DNA of 63,981 nt, filler included, from Chiloscyllium plagiosum (lineage: Eukaryota): assembly GCF_004010195.1 (NCBI RefSeq). It is 4 parts of one record of this genome, joined end to end, with 100 filler letters (N's around TTAATTAATTAA, not from the genome) between each part and the next. Parts side by side here need not be neighbours in the genome. Positions count along the whole stretch, not along the records: positions 37,142 to 60,194 come from NC_057711.1; positions 60,295 to 63,981 come from NC_057711.1; 2 more parts are not named here. One strand, given 5' to 3'. The notes beneath the pieces were generated by a model. It did not search any database. It was not told the origin of the DNA and saw only the letters and a list, made by a program, of their open reading frames with translations. The first letter of the stretch is position 1. Every line of letters begins with the position of its first letter. The position numbers and the translations under genes were made by a program. Shown in pieces: positions 50,812 through 62,147 of the stretch.

Positions 50812-50981
50812 AAAGAATTGCAGATGTTAGAGATCTGTAACAAAACCATGAATTGCTGGAAAAACTCAGAACTGTTCCATTGAGGAGTCAACACTCTCGA
50901 AAAGTTAACCCTACTTTCTTCCCACAGATGCTGCTAGACCTGCTGCATTTCTCCAGCAATTCCTGTTTTTTTTGACAAAAC
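50812..50981 (-). mobile_element. Decayed palindromic mini-PLE (family 3)
   Basis: gaattgctggaaaaact inverted against tttctccagcaattc; candidate TSD AATGAAAC. Confidence 0.65.
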
Positions 50982-50999
50982 AATGAAACTTGTAGCTCA

Positions 51000-52600
51000 T
51001 CTGGAAGAGATCAGGAATCAAGAGATGGTGACAGTTCACTTTGAGGAGTAGCCTCAACAGTTTCTTTTACTGTCCTTGCCCTTTTACTGGCTGTTGTATG
51101 TTGGATGAGGTTACCCCAGCTGGGATATGGCATCCACTCTCCCCCATCAATGACAGTGAACGGCCAATGCTACAGAGAGTCTCACACTTACGATGCTTGA
51201 CACAGTGAAGCTCCTGCACCCACTCAAACTGGTGTTGCATCTGACTTTCCAGGAATGTCAACAATCTCTCAGTGGAGGAGCCCACATGCTGAAAATTCGG
51301 AGTCATAACTAAGCAGATGGACTCCTCCATTGTCTGTCCGTGGTTTTGTAATGGCTCAGGAATCTTTGACCTTTCGGAGCCCATCTGCCTGTTATGAACC
51401 AAGATAACCTCTTTGTCTGTGACAACAAAATGATACTGGGATAGGAAGGGTTTAGAGGGTCAAATGCAGGAAAGTGGAACTAGCTCAGTTAGGAAATTTA
51501 AGGGGTGTGGACGAGTTGGACCAAAGGGTCTGTTTCTATGACTCTATGAGGCTATAAACCAATGGAATGTAATGGTATCTGCACCACATCCTAGGACATG
51601 GATTGCCTCCAGATGATTCGAGGTTGACCCCTCTTCACCTTGCTCACCTGTTATGTTCGGATGAACCAGTACTCCCTATTCCAAACTGAATTGAGACCCA
51701 ACCAAGGTGAGTCAGCCAAAGCTGCTGAGACATGGAGGAGTACTGTCTGAAAGCTCTGGATTGATTTGGAACAAAGAAGCCAGTAACAATTTAACTGGGA
51801 CACTCTGCACCCACTTCAACAAAGGCACCTGGGAGAAACAGAAGTTGGCTGGGAGAACTTAGGCAACTGAGCTGGCAGTGCATAAGACTAACCCAGTTTC
51901 CCTGTTCCCCTTAGGCAAAGGGGTAATAGCAAAGGGGCTTCATTTAACAGTAAAAAATGGGAGAATTAGAGGGGATTTGGAGAAATATCATTTCACCCAG
52001 AAGCTGGTGGGAATCTACATGGGAGGGTAGATGAGGTGGAAAGTCTCATAGCCTTTAAAATGTACTTGGATGAGCAATTGAAATGTCAAAACATTCAAGG
52101 CCAAGGGCCAAATGCTGGAAAGTGGGTCTAGTGACGCTGTAGATAAGCTTATTGCTGGTACAGCCTTGATGGGCTGCAGGATCTCTTTGAACTATATGAT
52201 TCTATGATCCCAAGTGAGTCACAATTCAAAGCTGGCAAGGTTACCCTCCATGACCGTCACCTGTACAATGAGCTATTAAAGACCTATTGTTGGATACCCC
52301 CTTCCTTAACATCACCCGTTGCTGAGGAGATGACACCCTAATCATTTTCACCGGTGTCTCCTCTACTCCAGTCATATTGTGGAAGCATGCCAAAACACTA
52401 TCCTTCTCAGACATCTCCATGGAATGATGTGCTCCATTTACAGGATTATGTTTGAGTTGTAATCCCTCGGTTATGCCAACATGGCACAGACATGAGATGA
52501 TGCACTCTTTAATGATGGTCCTCGGGAAGGTTGGTGGCATCTCAAGGATGACAATGCTAAGGAGAAGTGAGCACACCCAATTTCTCAGCTTGTGAGTGTG
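51000..52600 (-). mobile_element. Decayed Harbinger transposase remnant with CR1 3' pieces (51435-51550, 51910-52210)
   Basis: Patches resembling ALPVAVKVTxALNF (52220-52290) and the GSxHD/LLGDxGYP region (51040-51140). Confidence 0.35.
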
Positions 52601-53082
52601 CCAGATTCAACAGAATTAGAGACCTGTCACATGGGCATTGCCCACCCTCACCTTTCAAGATTTATTAGGTCACTGAAGTGTTTTCTTTTCAATCATTCCC
52701 CAGCTACTGACCTCATTGACCACCTTCATCCATTCCATCTTGGTCTCCTCTGGGGAATTTCTTCTTCCATATTCTGGGAATGGAAAACCTTCCCTCTTGG
52801 AAAACGCATCTGATAAAGCATCAAGGGAGTCATTCAACAGCACGGTGCTACCCAGGGAGGCTCACACATGCCAATATCTGCCCTCTGCATTTCCTGCTGC
52901 TCCTACACCTTCAGTCACTGCCTCTTCATAGGACCCCCCCTATTGCCAAGTCCTTAATCAGAGTGACTTCCTATGAGTACTATGCTTGGCTCCAAGTCAA
53001 CTAAGATCTTGACAATTTTCAAGACACTACTGAAACTGATATGATGTCAGAAGAAGGTTAAAAATTACACAACATCAGTTTA

Positions 53083-53390
53083 TTAGACTCTCTACAGTGT
53101 GGAAACGGGGCCTTTGGCCCAACAAGTCCACACTGACCCTCTGAAGAGCAACCCACCCTACACTTACCCCTGACTAATGCACCTGACACTATGGGAAATT
53201 TAGCATTGCCAATTCAACTAACCTACACAACTTTGGACTGTGGGAGGAAACCGGAGCACCTGGAGAAAACTCACACAGACAGGGGGAGAATGTGCAAACT
53301 CCACACAGACAGTCATCTGAGGTAGGAATTAAACCCAGTTCCCCTGTGCTATGAGGCAGTAGCTAACCACTGAGCCACTGTGCCACCCCA
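53083..53390 (-). mobile_element. HE1-type V-SINE
   Basis: Head, V-domain and tail all present. Confidence 0.92.
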
Positions 53391-53464
53391 TTATAGTCCA
53401 AAAGGTTTAGTTGGAAACACTAGCTTTCGAAGCGCTGCTTCTTCATTAGGTGGTTGATGAAGAC

Positions 53465-53499
53465 CACCTGATGAAGGAGCGTCGCTCCGAAAGCTAGTG
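53465..53499 (+). ncRNA. Minimal type I hammerhead ribozyme motif, intact (family 2)
   Basis: CAC-CTGATGA-A-GGAGC-gtc-GCTCC-GAAA-G-CTA-GTG: stem I CAC/GTG, CUA triplet. Confidence 0.83.
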
Positions 53500-55509
53500 T
53501 TTCCATCCGAAAGCTAGTGTTTCCAAATAAACCTGAGGGACCATAACCTGGTGTTGTGTGATTTTTAACTTTGTGCATCCCAGTCCAACACCGGCTCCTC
53601 CACATCATGATGTCAGAAGAGGACATGAAAACGATCCAGACATTTTGTTTGATAATTCTTAATAAAATAAGGATTTGTTTTCTAATGGATGTTGTTTACA
53701 TACAAGCACTTGGCTTGCTAAGAATAAATCCCTGTACATATAGTCTTTTCATTTGTCACTTAACAGAATACTCAATTGGAATCAAATGGTTTCTTTTTTA
53801 AATTAAGGGTTTCCATGCATTCTCAACTGCTTACATGGAGAGATGCACGTTCCATAGAATTATGGGCTATTTGATCCATCTTCCTTGTGCAAGCTGTTTG
53901 AAATTGGGTAATTGAAAACATCCAGTTATGCCTGCTCTCTCTCACGGTTTTATCCAATTCCCTTTTTGAAGCTGTTATTGAATCTGTGTGTCAACTCCAT
54001 TGTCAGGGAGTCCATTCCCAACTTTTGCTCACTGTGCAAAAAAAAAGCATTTTAACTCGCCCCTAATTTCTAAATAATCCCGACTTTAATTATGGGTAAA
54101 AGCTCAAAGCTATGGTAAGCCATATGCAATTAATTTATATGAAATAATGAGACCAACTGTAATCATAAGCTGTTAATTATTCATCTACATTCTTGTAATT
54201 AAATTCTGTGGAATAAACCTATTGTAATAGCTAGGGCAATTTAGTTTTATTTTGAGTGATTAACATTATGGTACATATTTGATTCCATTAAACTTAGGCA
54301 TGATAATTTTGTCACTGGGTACTTTATTATCTCTTTAATTAAAAAGCCAGTCAATTAAACTGATTGTGCGTGCGATAACAATTATATGTAACTGAAGTCT
54401 CTAAAAACATCTCTCTTTCTTTCTATTTGAATAAAGGTTCTTTGCCAGGACACAAGTATTGAGCAGAATATTAAATCATTCAGATGAATGCTTCTCCTTA
54501 CGCAGCATTTGACCTGAATTGTTATTTGGTCTACCAGCCTGACAGGTTGTTTATTAGTTTTATATGTTCCTTGTTTATTATGCTGCACAAGGAGTCAATT
54601 GATGCAATGAATATGAAAGCATATAGTGAAAATGCAAAGAGCATAGAAAATAAATTGTCATTGCTTTAATCAACAACAGCGCTGTTTGAATACACTCAGT
54701 CACCTCTCAGAAGACAGTCTTCCCCCAGTGGGTATTCAAGCATGCACTGAGAAGTGAAGATCATTGAATCATTGTCCTCAAGTTGGTCAACAGAAGAAAT
54801 CAATGAATCCTCTTTGTCTGAGACTCTATCATAGTTTAAACATGTCCTGACCCTCAACTTTTGCTGCCCTCTCATAAAGCATATTCTGTAAGACCTCTAT
54901 AAGTTAAGCATAAGCACAGTTTGAGAAACAGAATATCAGTCAGGTTCCGAACACTGGTATTGACATTGGATTTATAAATAAAGGGTGATGCATCCGCTAA
55001 CTTATATGGGAGATTGTGTTGAATACTAATGTAATTATATACAGAGCTTGGTGGCACAAGAAAAGAATGTGACTTGCAACAATAATCTTAGCAGTGCTCG
55101 TAGCTCTTTGATACAAACAACTCCCCTTTATTCTTCCTGAAGCATTGTCATGTTAATATGCATAACACAAGATCTCTTTTGGGAAATGTAACACCAATTT
55201 AATTTGTTCCCTTATAATTATTGGTCCCTACCTCTGAATACAGATTACGTTAACAGCATACGGCACTGTTCATCCCACCATACCTGGTATAATATAAAAT
55301 GCTGCGAGTAGAATGTAATTGAAATAGTTCATTTACCGCATTAATATCTGAGCTACCAGTCTCAGATTACAAACTAGAACATCACATCCCAAAAGTCACA
55401 CTGTCTGGCTGGAACTTATTTCCACTTAGTTTGAGAGCTGCTTCCTTGGCTGCTGAATTTCCAATCCTTGTGTTCATCCTTTCCAAACTCAACAACACCA
55501 ATTGCTTCT

Positions 55510-56100
55510 TATTTGTTCATGAAAAGTGGGTTTCAGTAGAAAGGCTGGTTTATTGTCTCAAGAAGGTGTGGTGAGCAGCTATCTTGAATCAATGCAGTTC
55601 AAGATGGGTAGGACATCTCCAAGAAGGGCTGTTAGGAAGGGAGTGCCAGTCACTGTGATACCGTTCCAGTGATATTGTTCCAAATCAGGATGGCAGATAG
55701 TTTGGAAACCAACTTACAGGCCGTGGTACATCTGTTGCCCTGGTCCTTTCAGACAGTGGTAACTATTGATTCAGAATGTGCTGTTGAAAGAACCTTGGTG
55801 AGTTACTGAAGTGCTGCTTGCAGGTGGTACACATCACAGCCAACGTGTACTATTGGTGAAGAGAGTAAATTTAAAGATGGTGCATAAGTTACCAATAAAT
55901 GAAATGTTTTACCTGGATAGGTGTTGACCTGCCTAACTACTGGTGGAACTGTAAAATCCAGTCAGAGGGAGAGTATTCCATCACTGATTTATCCATTTTG
56001 GGTAGTGGGCAGCTATTAGGGAATGAATAGATAAATCACCACCACAGATAACTAATGTTTTAATCTGCTCTTACACCCATCACATTTATTGGAATGGTCA
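55510..56100 (-). mobile_element. Second LINE family 3' fragment, decayed
   Basis: Collinear with 24030-24600. Confidence 0.75.
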
Positions 56101-56298
56101 GTGGTGACCAACTAGGGTGCATTATGCTTCCATTTCAGTGAAAGTAAAAGATGTTGAAAATGAAATGTGTCTGTTGGAGAAGATGAATGGTTTATTGTCA
56201 CAGGCACACAAGTTACATTGCCATTCATCAGCACAAGCTGGAATGTTATCCAAACCTTTGTCCATTCAGTCATGGCCTGCTTTATACAAACATATATA

Positions 56299-56658
56299 GA
56301 TACAAACACCAATAAGGCAGTAGTGTATAGGTACAAACACAAATAAGGTAATAATACATAGGTGCCAACACCAATAAGGCAGTAGTATATAGGTACAAAC
56401 GCCAATAAGGTAATAATACATAGGTGCAAACACCAATAAGGCAGTAGTATATAGGTACAAACACCAATAAGATAATAATATATAGGTACAAACACCAATA
56501 AGGCAGTAGTATATAGGTACAAACACCAATAAGGTAATAATACATAGGTGCAAACACCAATAAGGCAGTAGTATATAGGTACAAACACCAATAAGGTAAT
56601 AATATATAGGTACAAACACCAATAAGGTAATAATATATAGGTACAAACACCAATAAGG
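56299..56658. repeat. 31-bp minisatellite, about 11.6 units, alternating A/B variants
   Basis: GGTACAAACACCAATAAGG followed by CAGTAGTATATA or TAATAATA(C/T)ATA. Confidence 0.97.
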
Positions 56659-56829
56659 AGCAGGAGTAACCTTTCAGCCGGCCGAACCTGCTCTTGCTTT
56701 CAATAAGTTCATGGATGATTTGATTTTTGATTCAAATCCTTATTCCTGATAACCTTTCACCTCCTTGCTTCACAAAGTCTATTTAAAAATCTATCAACTT
56801 ACTCTCACTGTGACAGAACAGAACAGCCA

Positions 56830-57300
56830 TAATATAATTGCATCAGTCAACAAACTTCAATGTGATGGCTTTAAAGTGACAGAAAAGGCAGATAACAGGA
56901 TGATTAAATCTGACACACTGAGCAGATTACCCAACTCACACAAAGACATGTACATTCCTCTAGATCCACACTTTGATGCTCGAGATGTAAAGCTGAAGAC
57001 ATTGTGAAGTTTAATCCGCTACACCTTGGCCAGAGCCAGTTACAATTGACAACTACCGAAGATATGTGACTCCAGGAGTTGAAAAAGTTCATTACTCAGG
57101 GATGGTCTGAGAAGATTTGTTCATTTTGTCCACACAGAGATGAGTCTGGTTTATCATGAGAAGTGTGTCTCATGGCCTCACACATTGTCATACCAAAAGC
57201 ATCTCTGTGTGACATCAGGGAGACATGGAGACTGAGCACACAGGATGATTAACGTAGCATCCAGATGAAGCACTTGCCTGTGTTTGTTTGGTACCCGTTC
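56830..57300 (+). mobile_element. Decayed Gypsy pol remnant (RNase H end to integrase N-terminus)
   Basis: KLQCDGFKV...MIKSDTLSRLP (LQxYDFxI..M.IADTLSR), LKKFITQGW, HRDE, HIVIPK. Confidence 0.6.
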
Positions 57301-57344
57301 TTTTTGAAGACACTTATCACTTATACAGTGTATTCAAAATGAGA

Positions 57345-58040
57345 GGGGACCCAACGAACATAAATCTCTGAGCAACAAATCCAAACAAGCAGACAAAACT
57401 CGTCCAGAAACCCTAGCCACTTTCTCCTACATCAAAGACGTCTCGGAAATGATTGCCAGACTACTCAGACCCCTTAGCATCATGGTAGCCCGCAGACCCA
57501 TCAACACACTAAAACAGCAGCTAATGAAGTTGAAGGACCCAATACAGATGACAAGCAAAACTAACGTCATTTGCAAAATATCCTGCAAGGACTGTAACAA
57601 ACACTGCATTAGACAAACAGGCAGAAAACTAGTAACCAGGATACACGAACATCAACTAGCCACAAAAAGACATGACCCATTCTCACTAGTATCTTTACAT
57701 ACAGATGAGGAAGGACACCACTTTGACTGGGACAACACATCCATCCTAGGACAAGCCAAACAGAGACACACACGAGAATTCCTATAAGCATGGCATTCCA
57801 ACCAAAACTCTATCAACAAACATATTGACTTGGATCTCATTTACCACCCCCCGAGAAAAAGAACAGGAAATGACATCACCACAGGAAATGACATCGACAC
57901 CCCAAGGAAACCTAAACACATAAATAAAAAGCAGGCCATACTACCAGTGCTTCATCCAGAGGCTCACTGATGATGTACCCTAGTATGGTGATGAAACGTT
58001 TGAAACCTAATCTTCCAGCTCAGAGAGCAAACGTACATCC
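57345..58040 (+). mobile_element. Penelope-like element 3' part (family 4, Penelope/Poseidon-type GIY-YIG)
   Basis: YIKDVSEMIARLLRP...NVICKISCKDCNKHCIRQTGRKLVTRIHEH...HHFDWDNTSIL...REFL*AWH; hammerhead in the 3' region. Confidence 0.93.
57964..58003 (+). ncRNA. Hammerhead ribozyme motif (family 4)
   Basis: TCA-CTGATGA (57967-57973), imperfect stem II, GAAAC-GTT-TGA; stem I TCA/TGA. Confidence 0.68.
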
Positions 58041-58269
58041 ATTATTTGCCTAAATTTCCCATTGTTTAACAATTTAACAACACCATCAGTGTGACTGCTG
58101 CTGTTACATTGTGTACTATTATCAGTTAATTCCATGTCCTGGATCAAACAATGGTCATCAGGGCACAGGCAAACCAGTTCAGGATATGTATACCTTGTAG
58201 AGAGTGACCCACATTATTGTCATTATTCGGTATGTCCATAAAGACTCTTGTCAATTTTTACAGATGCAA

Positions 58270-58752
58270 AAAAGAAAGCATTCAATCCAGATGCATCACG
58301 GTTTAGTACTTTAACTGGTCTGCCCAGAAGCATAAGAAATTACAGAGAGTTGTGAACACTGCCAAGTCCATCACACAAGCCAACCTTCCATCCATTGACT
58401 CCATGTACACTTCTTGATGAATGTCAACCAGTATCATCAAAGACCCTTCCCACCCTGGTTATAACCTCTTCCCACCTTTTCCATTGAGCAGAAGATACAA
58501 AAGCTTAAGCGCACATACCAACAGATTCAAGGTCAGTTTCTTTCCCCACAGTTATTAGACTTTTGAATGGATCTCTCAAATTTAAATTTCATATTAATCT
58601 CGCACCTTTGTGCATCTTCCCAGCAGCTGTAACATTGTACTCTTCACTCTGCTCTATTACCCTAATGCACGCTGTATGGTATGATCTGCCTGTGCTGCAT
58701 GTAGGACAAAACTTATGTCTTGGTACATGTGACAATAATAAATTAAATAAAA
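58270..58752 (+). mobile_element. Rex1/Babar LINE 3' end
   Basis: KKLQRVVNTAKSIT..LPSIDSMY...IIKDPSHPGYNLF...RRYKSL..TNRFKVSFF. Confidence 0.9.
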
Positions 58753-59139
58753 AAGAACCTGTGGTATGTTGTATGAACTGAATGATCATTGAATATCATG
58801 TAAAACAAGATTACAGTAAATTGCTGCATTTTAGTCCCAAGCTAGCAGAGTTGGTATTACCAGCTTCAGCACAACCTAGACTTGAAAGACAAGAAAGGTG
58901 TTTTTTCTTCAAAGACAGAGGAGAATAAGGAGTTACAGGATGAGTGAGCAGGTACAGAGCTACCAAGGCAGCGCACTGAACAGAGTGTAACTTCGAAAAA
59001 AAATATATTTTGACAGCAGCAAAGCTCGATAAAATATGCTATCAGCCCAGCCTGTACAAAGTCATTACTGATCTTGGTTCTATATTGAAAAGAAACAGAA
59101 GCCATCACAGAATAATACCAATCACGCAAGAAGAATAGT

Positions 59140-59290
59140 TTTTTTATTCATGAGATGTGAGCATCACTGGCTCGGCCAGCATTAATTGCCCAGGGGCAGT
59201 TAAGAGTGAACACATTGCTGTGGGTCTGGAGTCACGTGTAGGTAAGAATGGCAGTTTCCTTCTCTAAAGGATATTAATGAAACAGATGTC
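59140..59290 (-). mobile_element. tRNA-derived SINE (second family) 3' half
   Basis: ggcagttaagagtgaacacattgctgtgggtctggagtcac. Confidence 0.8.
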
Positions 59291-59924
59291 TCACGGCTGT
59301 TTGCTCACTCTCTTAGTCATCAATCACTTTGTGCCAATTTTGATGCTCATTGTATCCCAGCCTTGCTTTACCTTGTCCGTTTGTACTTTGTCCCCTCATG
59401 GAGAGCTTAAAGGCTCCAAATATTCTGTGCTATCTTTATGAAAAGTGTGGACGCAAAGCCAGGTAGCTCATGGTGGTTGTCAGCCGTAAGTAGTCAAGAG
59501 AGTGGCCATGTTGCTGTACGCCATCATGCTATGTCAATCTCACACCTGTACAATCTATCAGCAGCATACTTAGCAAATGAACTGCACGTGTTTCACCCAA
59601 ATAGCCATGTCTCAAAACCTCAGACAAGTCAGTGGAGCTGTGGTCAGTCAGGGGATGTTGCAGTACAGTGACTCACTGGCATTGTCCAATCTCAGTCCAG
59701 AGCGTGGTCATAATCAGCCAGATGCTTGTGGTAGCCTGGATCTGGGGAGAGGGAGAGGGCATAGCTTAAATCCATGGAATGGGAGCCAAGGTCAATCCTG
59801 CATCCAATGCATACAGTCAGGGGATTTGTAGTAAGTCAGTCAGGTCACTCATCACTTAGAGCTGTCCATCCAAATTGGTCAGGAAGTGGGCCATAGTCAA
59901 TCCTGGGAGTTTGATCAATGATAG

Positions 59925-60194
59925 TCAAGGAGGATTAAAAGGGAACATGCAGGCAGACTGGGAGAATCAGGATGGTATTGGACCTCAAGAAAGAGACTTT
60001 GTGGAGTGCCTCAGAGATGGATTCTTAGAGCAGCTGGTGCTGGAGCCGACCAGGGAGAAGGCAATTCTGGATCTGGTATTGTGCAACGAACCAGAATTGG
60101 TCAGAGACCTCGAAGTGAAGGAGCCATTGGGAAGTAGTGACCATAACACATTAAGCTTCAATCTGCAATTTGAGAGAGAGAGGGTACAGTCGGA
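59925..60194 (+). mobile_element. CR1 endonuclease fragment ending at a gap
   Basis: FVECLRDGFLEQLVLEPTREKAILDLVLCN...LGSSDHN. Confidence 0.93.
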
Positions 60195-60294
60195 NNNNNN
60201 NNNNNNNNNNNNNNNNNNNNNNNNNNNNNNNNNNNNNNTTAATTAATTAANNNNNNNNNNNNNNNNNNNNNNNNNNNNNNNNNNNNNNNNNNNN
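60195..60294. other. Artificial scaffold linker N44-TTAATTAATTAA-N44
   Basis: Identical to the other two. Confidence 0.97.
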
Positions 60295-60449
60295 GCAGAA
60301 CTTTTTCCAGTAACACAATTCCAGATAAGTTAATATAAAGTATGATGAAGCACAGTTGGGTTGGTTGGGCCAAGAGAAGTTTATTGCTTTTGTTGGTGTG
60401 CATTATTAAAAAATGGATCAAACTCACAGTCGAGGAACTGAAGGGCAAA

Positions 60450-62147
60450 GAATAATATAACCAGAGAGTTTTACAGTACAGAAGGGCACCATGTGATCCG
60501 TCTGCATCGACTCCAGAAAGAGCTCCCCAGGTAGTACCACTGACCAGCCCTGTCTCGGTCGTCCCCTAACCCCATCCCTTTCAAACATATATTCAAATCT
60601 CTTACGAAACATTCTATGTAACCTGCCTGCAATACTCTCCCAGGTGATGCATTCCAACTCAAAACATTTCTCTGTGAAAAGACGTGTTTCTTCATCTCAC
60701 TCATCGCTGTCTTGCTCACAATATTGAAGTTACGACCACACGTCACTGACATATTAATTAGTCGAAACAATGTTTTTTTTACATGGTTAAAATTTACATA
60801 ATTTAATTAACGCATTAACATCACCTCTTTGTCATCCCGGCTTCAAGGAAAACAAAACCAGTGTCTCCGATTGTTTTCTTGTCTCTAAACACATCCATTT
60901 CTGGTATGATTGTACGAAACCTCCTTCGTACTCTCTCTAGGGCCTCAGCATCTCCCCTTAAACTGGGCGCCATAATTGAAAACGATACTCCAAACGTCGT
61001 TTCACCAATGATTTATAGCAATGTAGCATCGTTTCCTTGTTTTTATACTTTATATCCCTGTTTACAAATTCAAGGATCCTGCAAGTCTTCTTAACGAATA
61101 TTTGAAATTAACTGTGCACCTTAAGAAAGTTATATGGAATGAATCCCCTTCCTGTCCACTCCTGGACGAACCTCAAAGGTGTCATTTGAGCCTACTTTGT
61201 CTTTCTATGCTTCTGACACCAAAATGCAGTACCTCACCTTTCTTTGCATTGAATTCCATCTGCCAGGCAACTGCTCGTTTGAACAAATTTTCAATGTCCG
61301 TCTTTAGTCACTCAGCATCATCCTCACAATTCACAACACTCCCTGACTTAGTATCATCTTTTAAATGTGGAAGTTTTGACATCAATAAGCAACTCCAATT
61401 CAGAGCAAAGCAAGGTCCCAATGCAGTTTGTATGCGAACACCATTTTCACCTCATCCCCAATGTGAGAAATAACCTGCTGTCGCAATCACCTGTTTCATT
61501 TCCTTTCGCCAACATCGACTCCATGCTGCTAAAGACATACCAATCGTAATCTTTCCTCCTTTCTTAATTAACCTGCCATGAACAACCGTCTCAAAACATT
61601 TGTGGAAGTCCAAATATACAGCATACATAGCATGATCGTGATTTGCTGCTTGGGTCACCTCGTCAATGAAATGAACCAAATTTTTCAGACAGTACTTACA
61701 GTGTGGCAACAGGCCCTTTGGCTCAACAAGTCCACACCAACCCCGCGAAGAGCAACCCACCCAGACCCATTCCCCTACACCTACCACTACGGGCAATTTA
61801 GCAAGGCCAATTTACTGAACCTGCACATTTTTGGACAGGGGCAGGAAACTGGAGCACCCAGAGGAAACCCACGCAGACACACGGAGAATATGCAAACTCC
61901 ACACAGACAGATGCCTGAGGCGGGAATCGAACGCGGGCCTCTGGCACTGTGAGGCACTGTGCTAACCACTGTGTCACCGTGCCGCCCATGAACTGCCTTT
62001 CGCAATGCCATGTTAACTGTCTGGAATTATTTTAGTTTTCTCGAACTATATATGTCCCTTTTCCCGTGTTAGGTCCGCCATCAGTGTTCTAACTGCGATG
62101 ACAAACTGACTGGTTTATCGTTTCATCAGTTATGCTTTGTCCCTTTC
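60450..62147 (-). mobile_element. Divergent CR1 LINE RT and 3' end with HE1 inserted
   Basis: YAVYLDFHKCFETVVHGRLIKK; DDTK; FSQRNVLSWNASP. Confidence 0.88.
61685..61988 (-). mobile_element. HE1-type V-SINE
   Basis: B box CGTTCGATTCC on minus; V-domain. Confidence 0.92.

Larger units (their letters stand above)
53055..53606 (+). mobile_element. Palindromic mini-PLE (family 2) with HE1 inserted in its left arm
   Basis: 14-bp TSD ATGATGTCAGAAGA at 53041-53054 and 53607-53620; hammerhead on both arms; internal 20-bp duplication tccgaaagctagtgtttcca. Confidence 0.92.

Noticed and set aside
56299..56658. CRISPR-like array (19-bp constant part plus 12-bp variable part)
   Set aside because: The variable parts are two alternating variants, not unique spacers; there are no cas genes and the context is vertebrate. 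The ORFs at 56112-56653 are repeat read-through.
13021..61988. tRNA genes suggested by A/B boxes
   Set aside because: Each is a SINE head followed by a V-domain or SINE body and a LINE-like tail; no complete cloverleaf.
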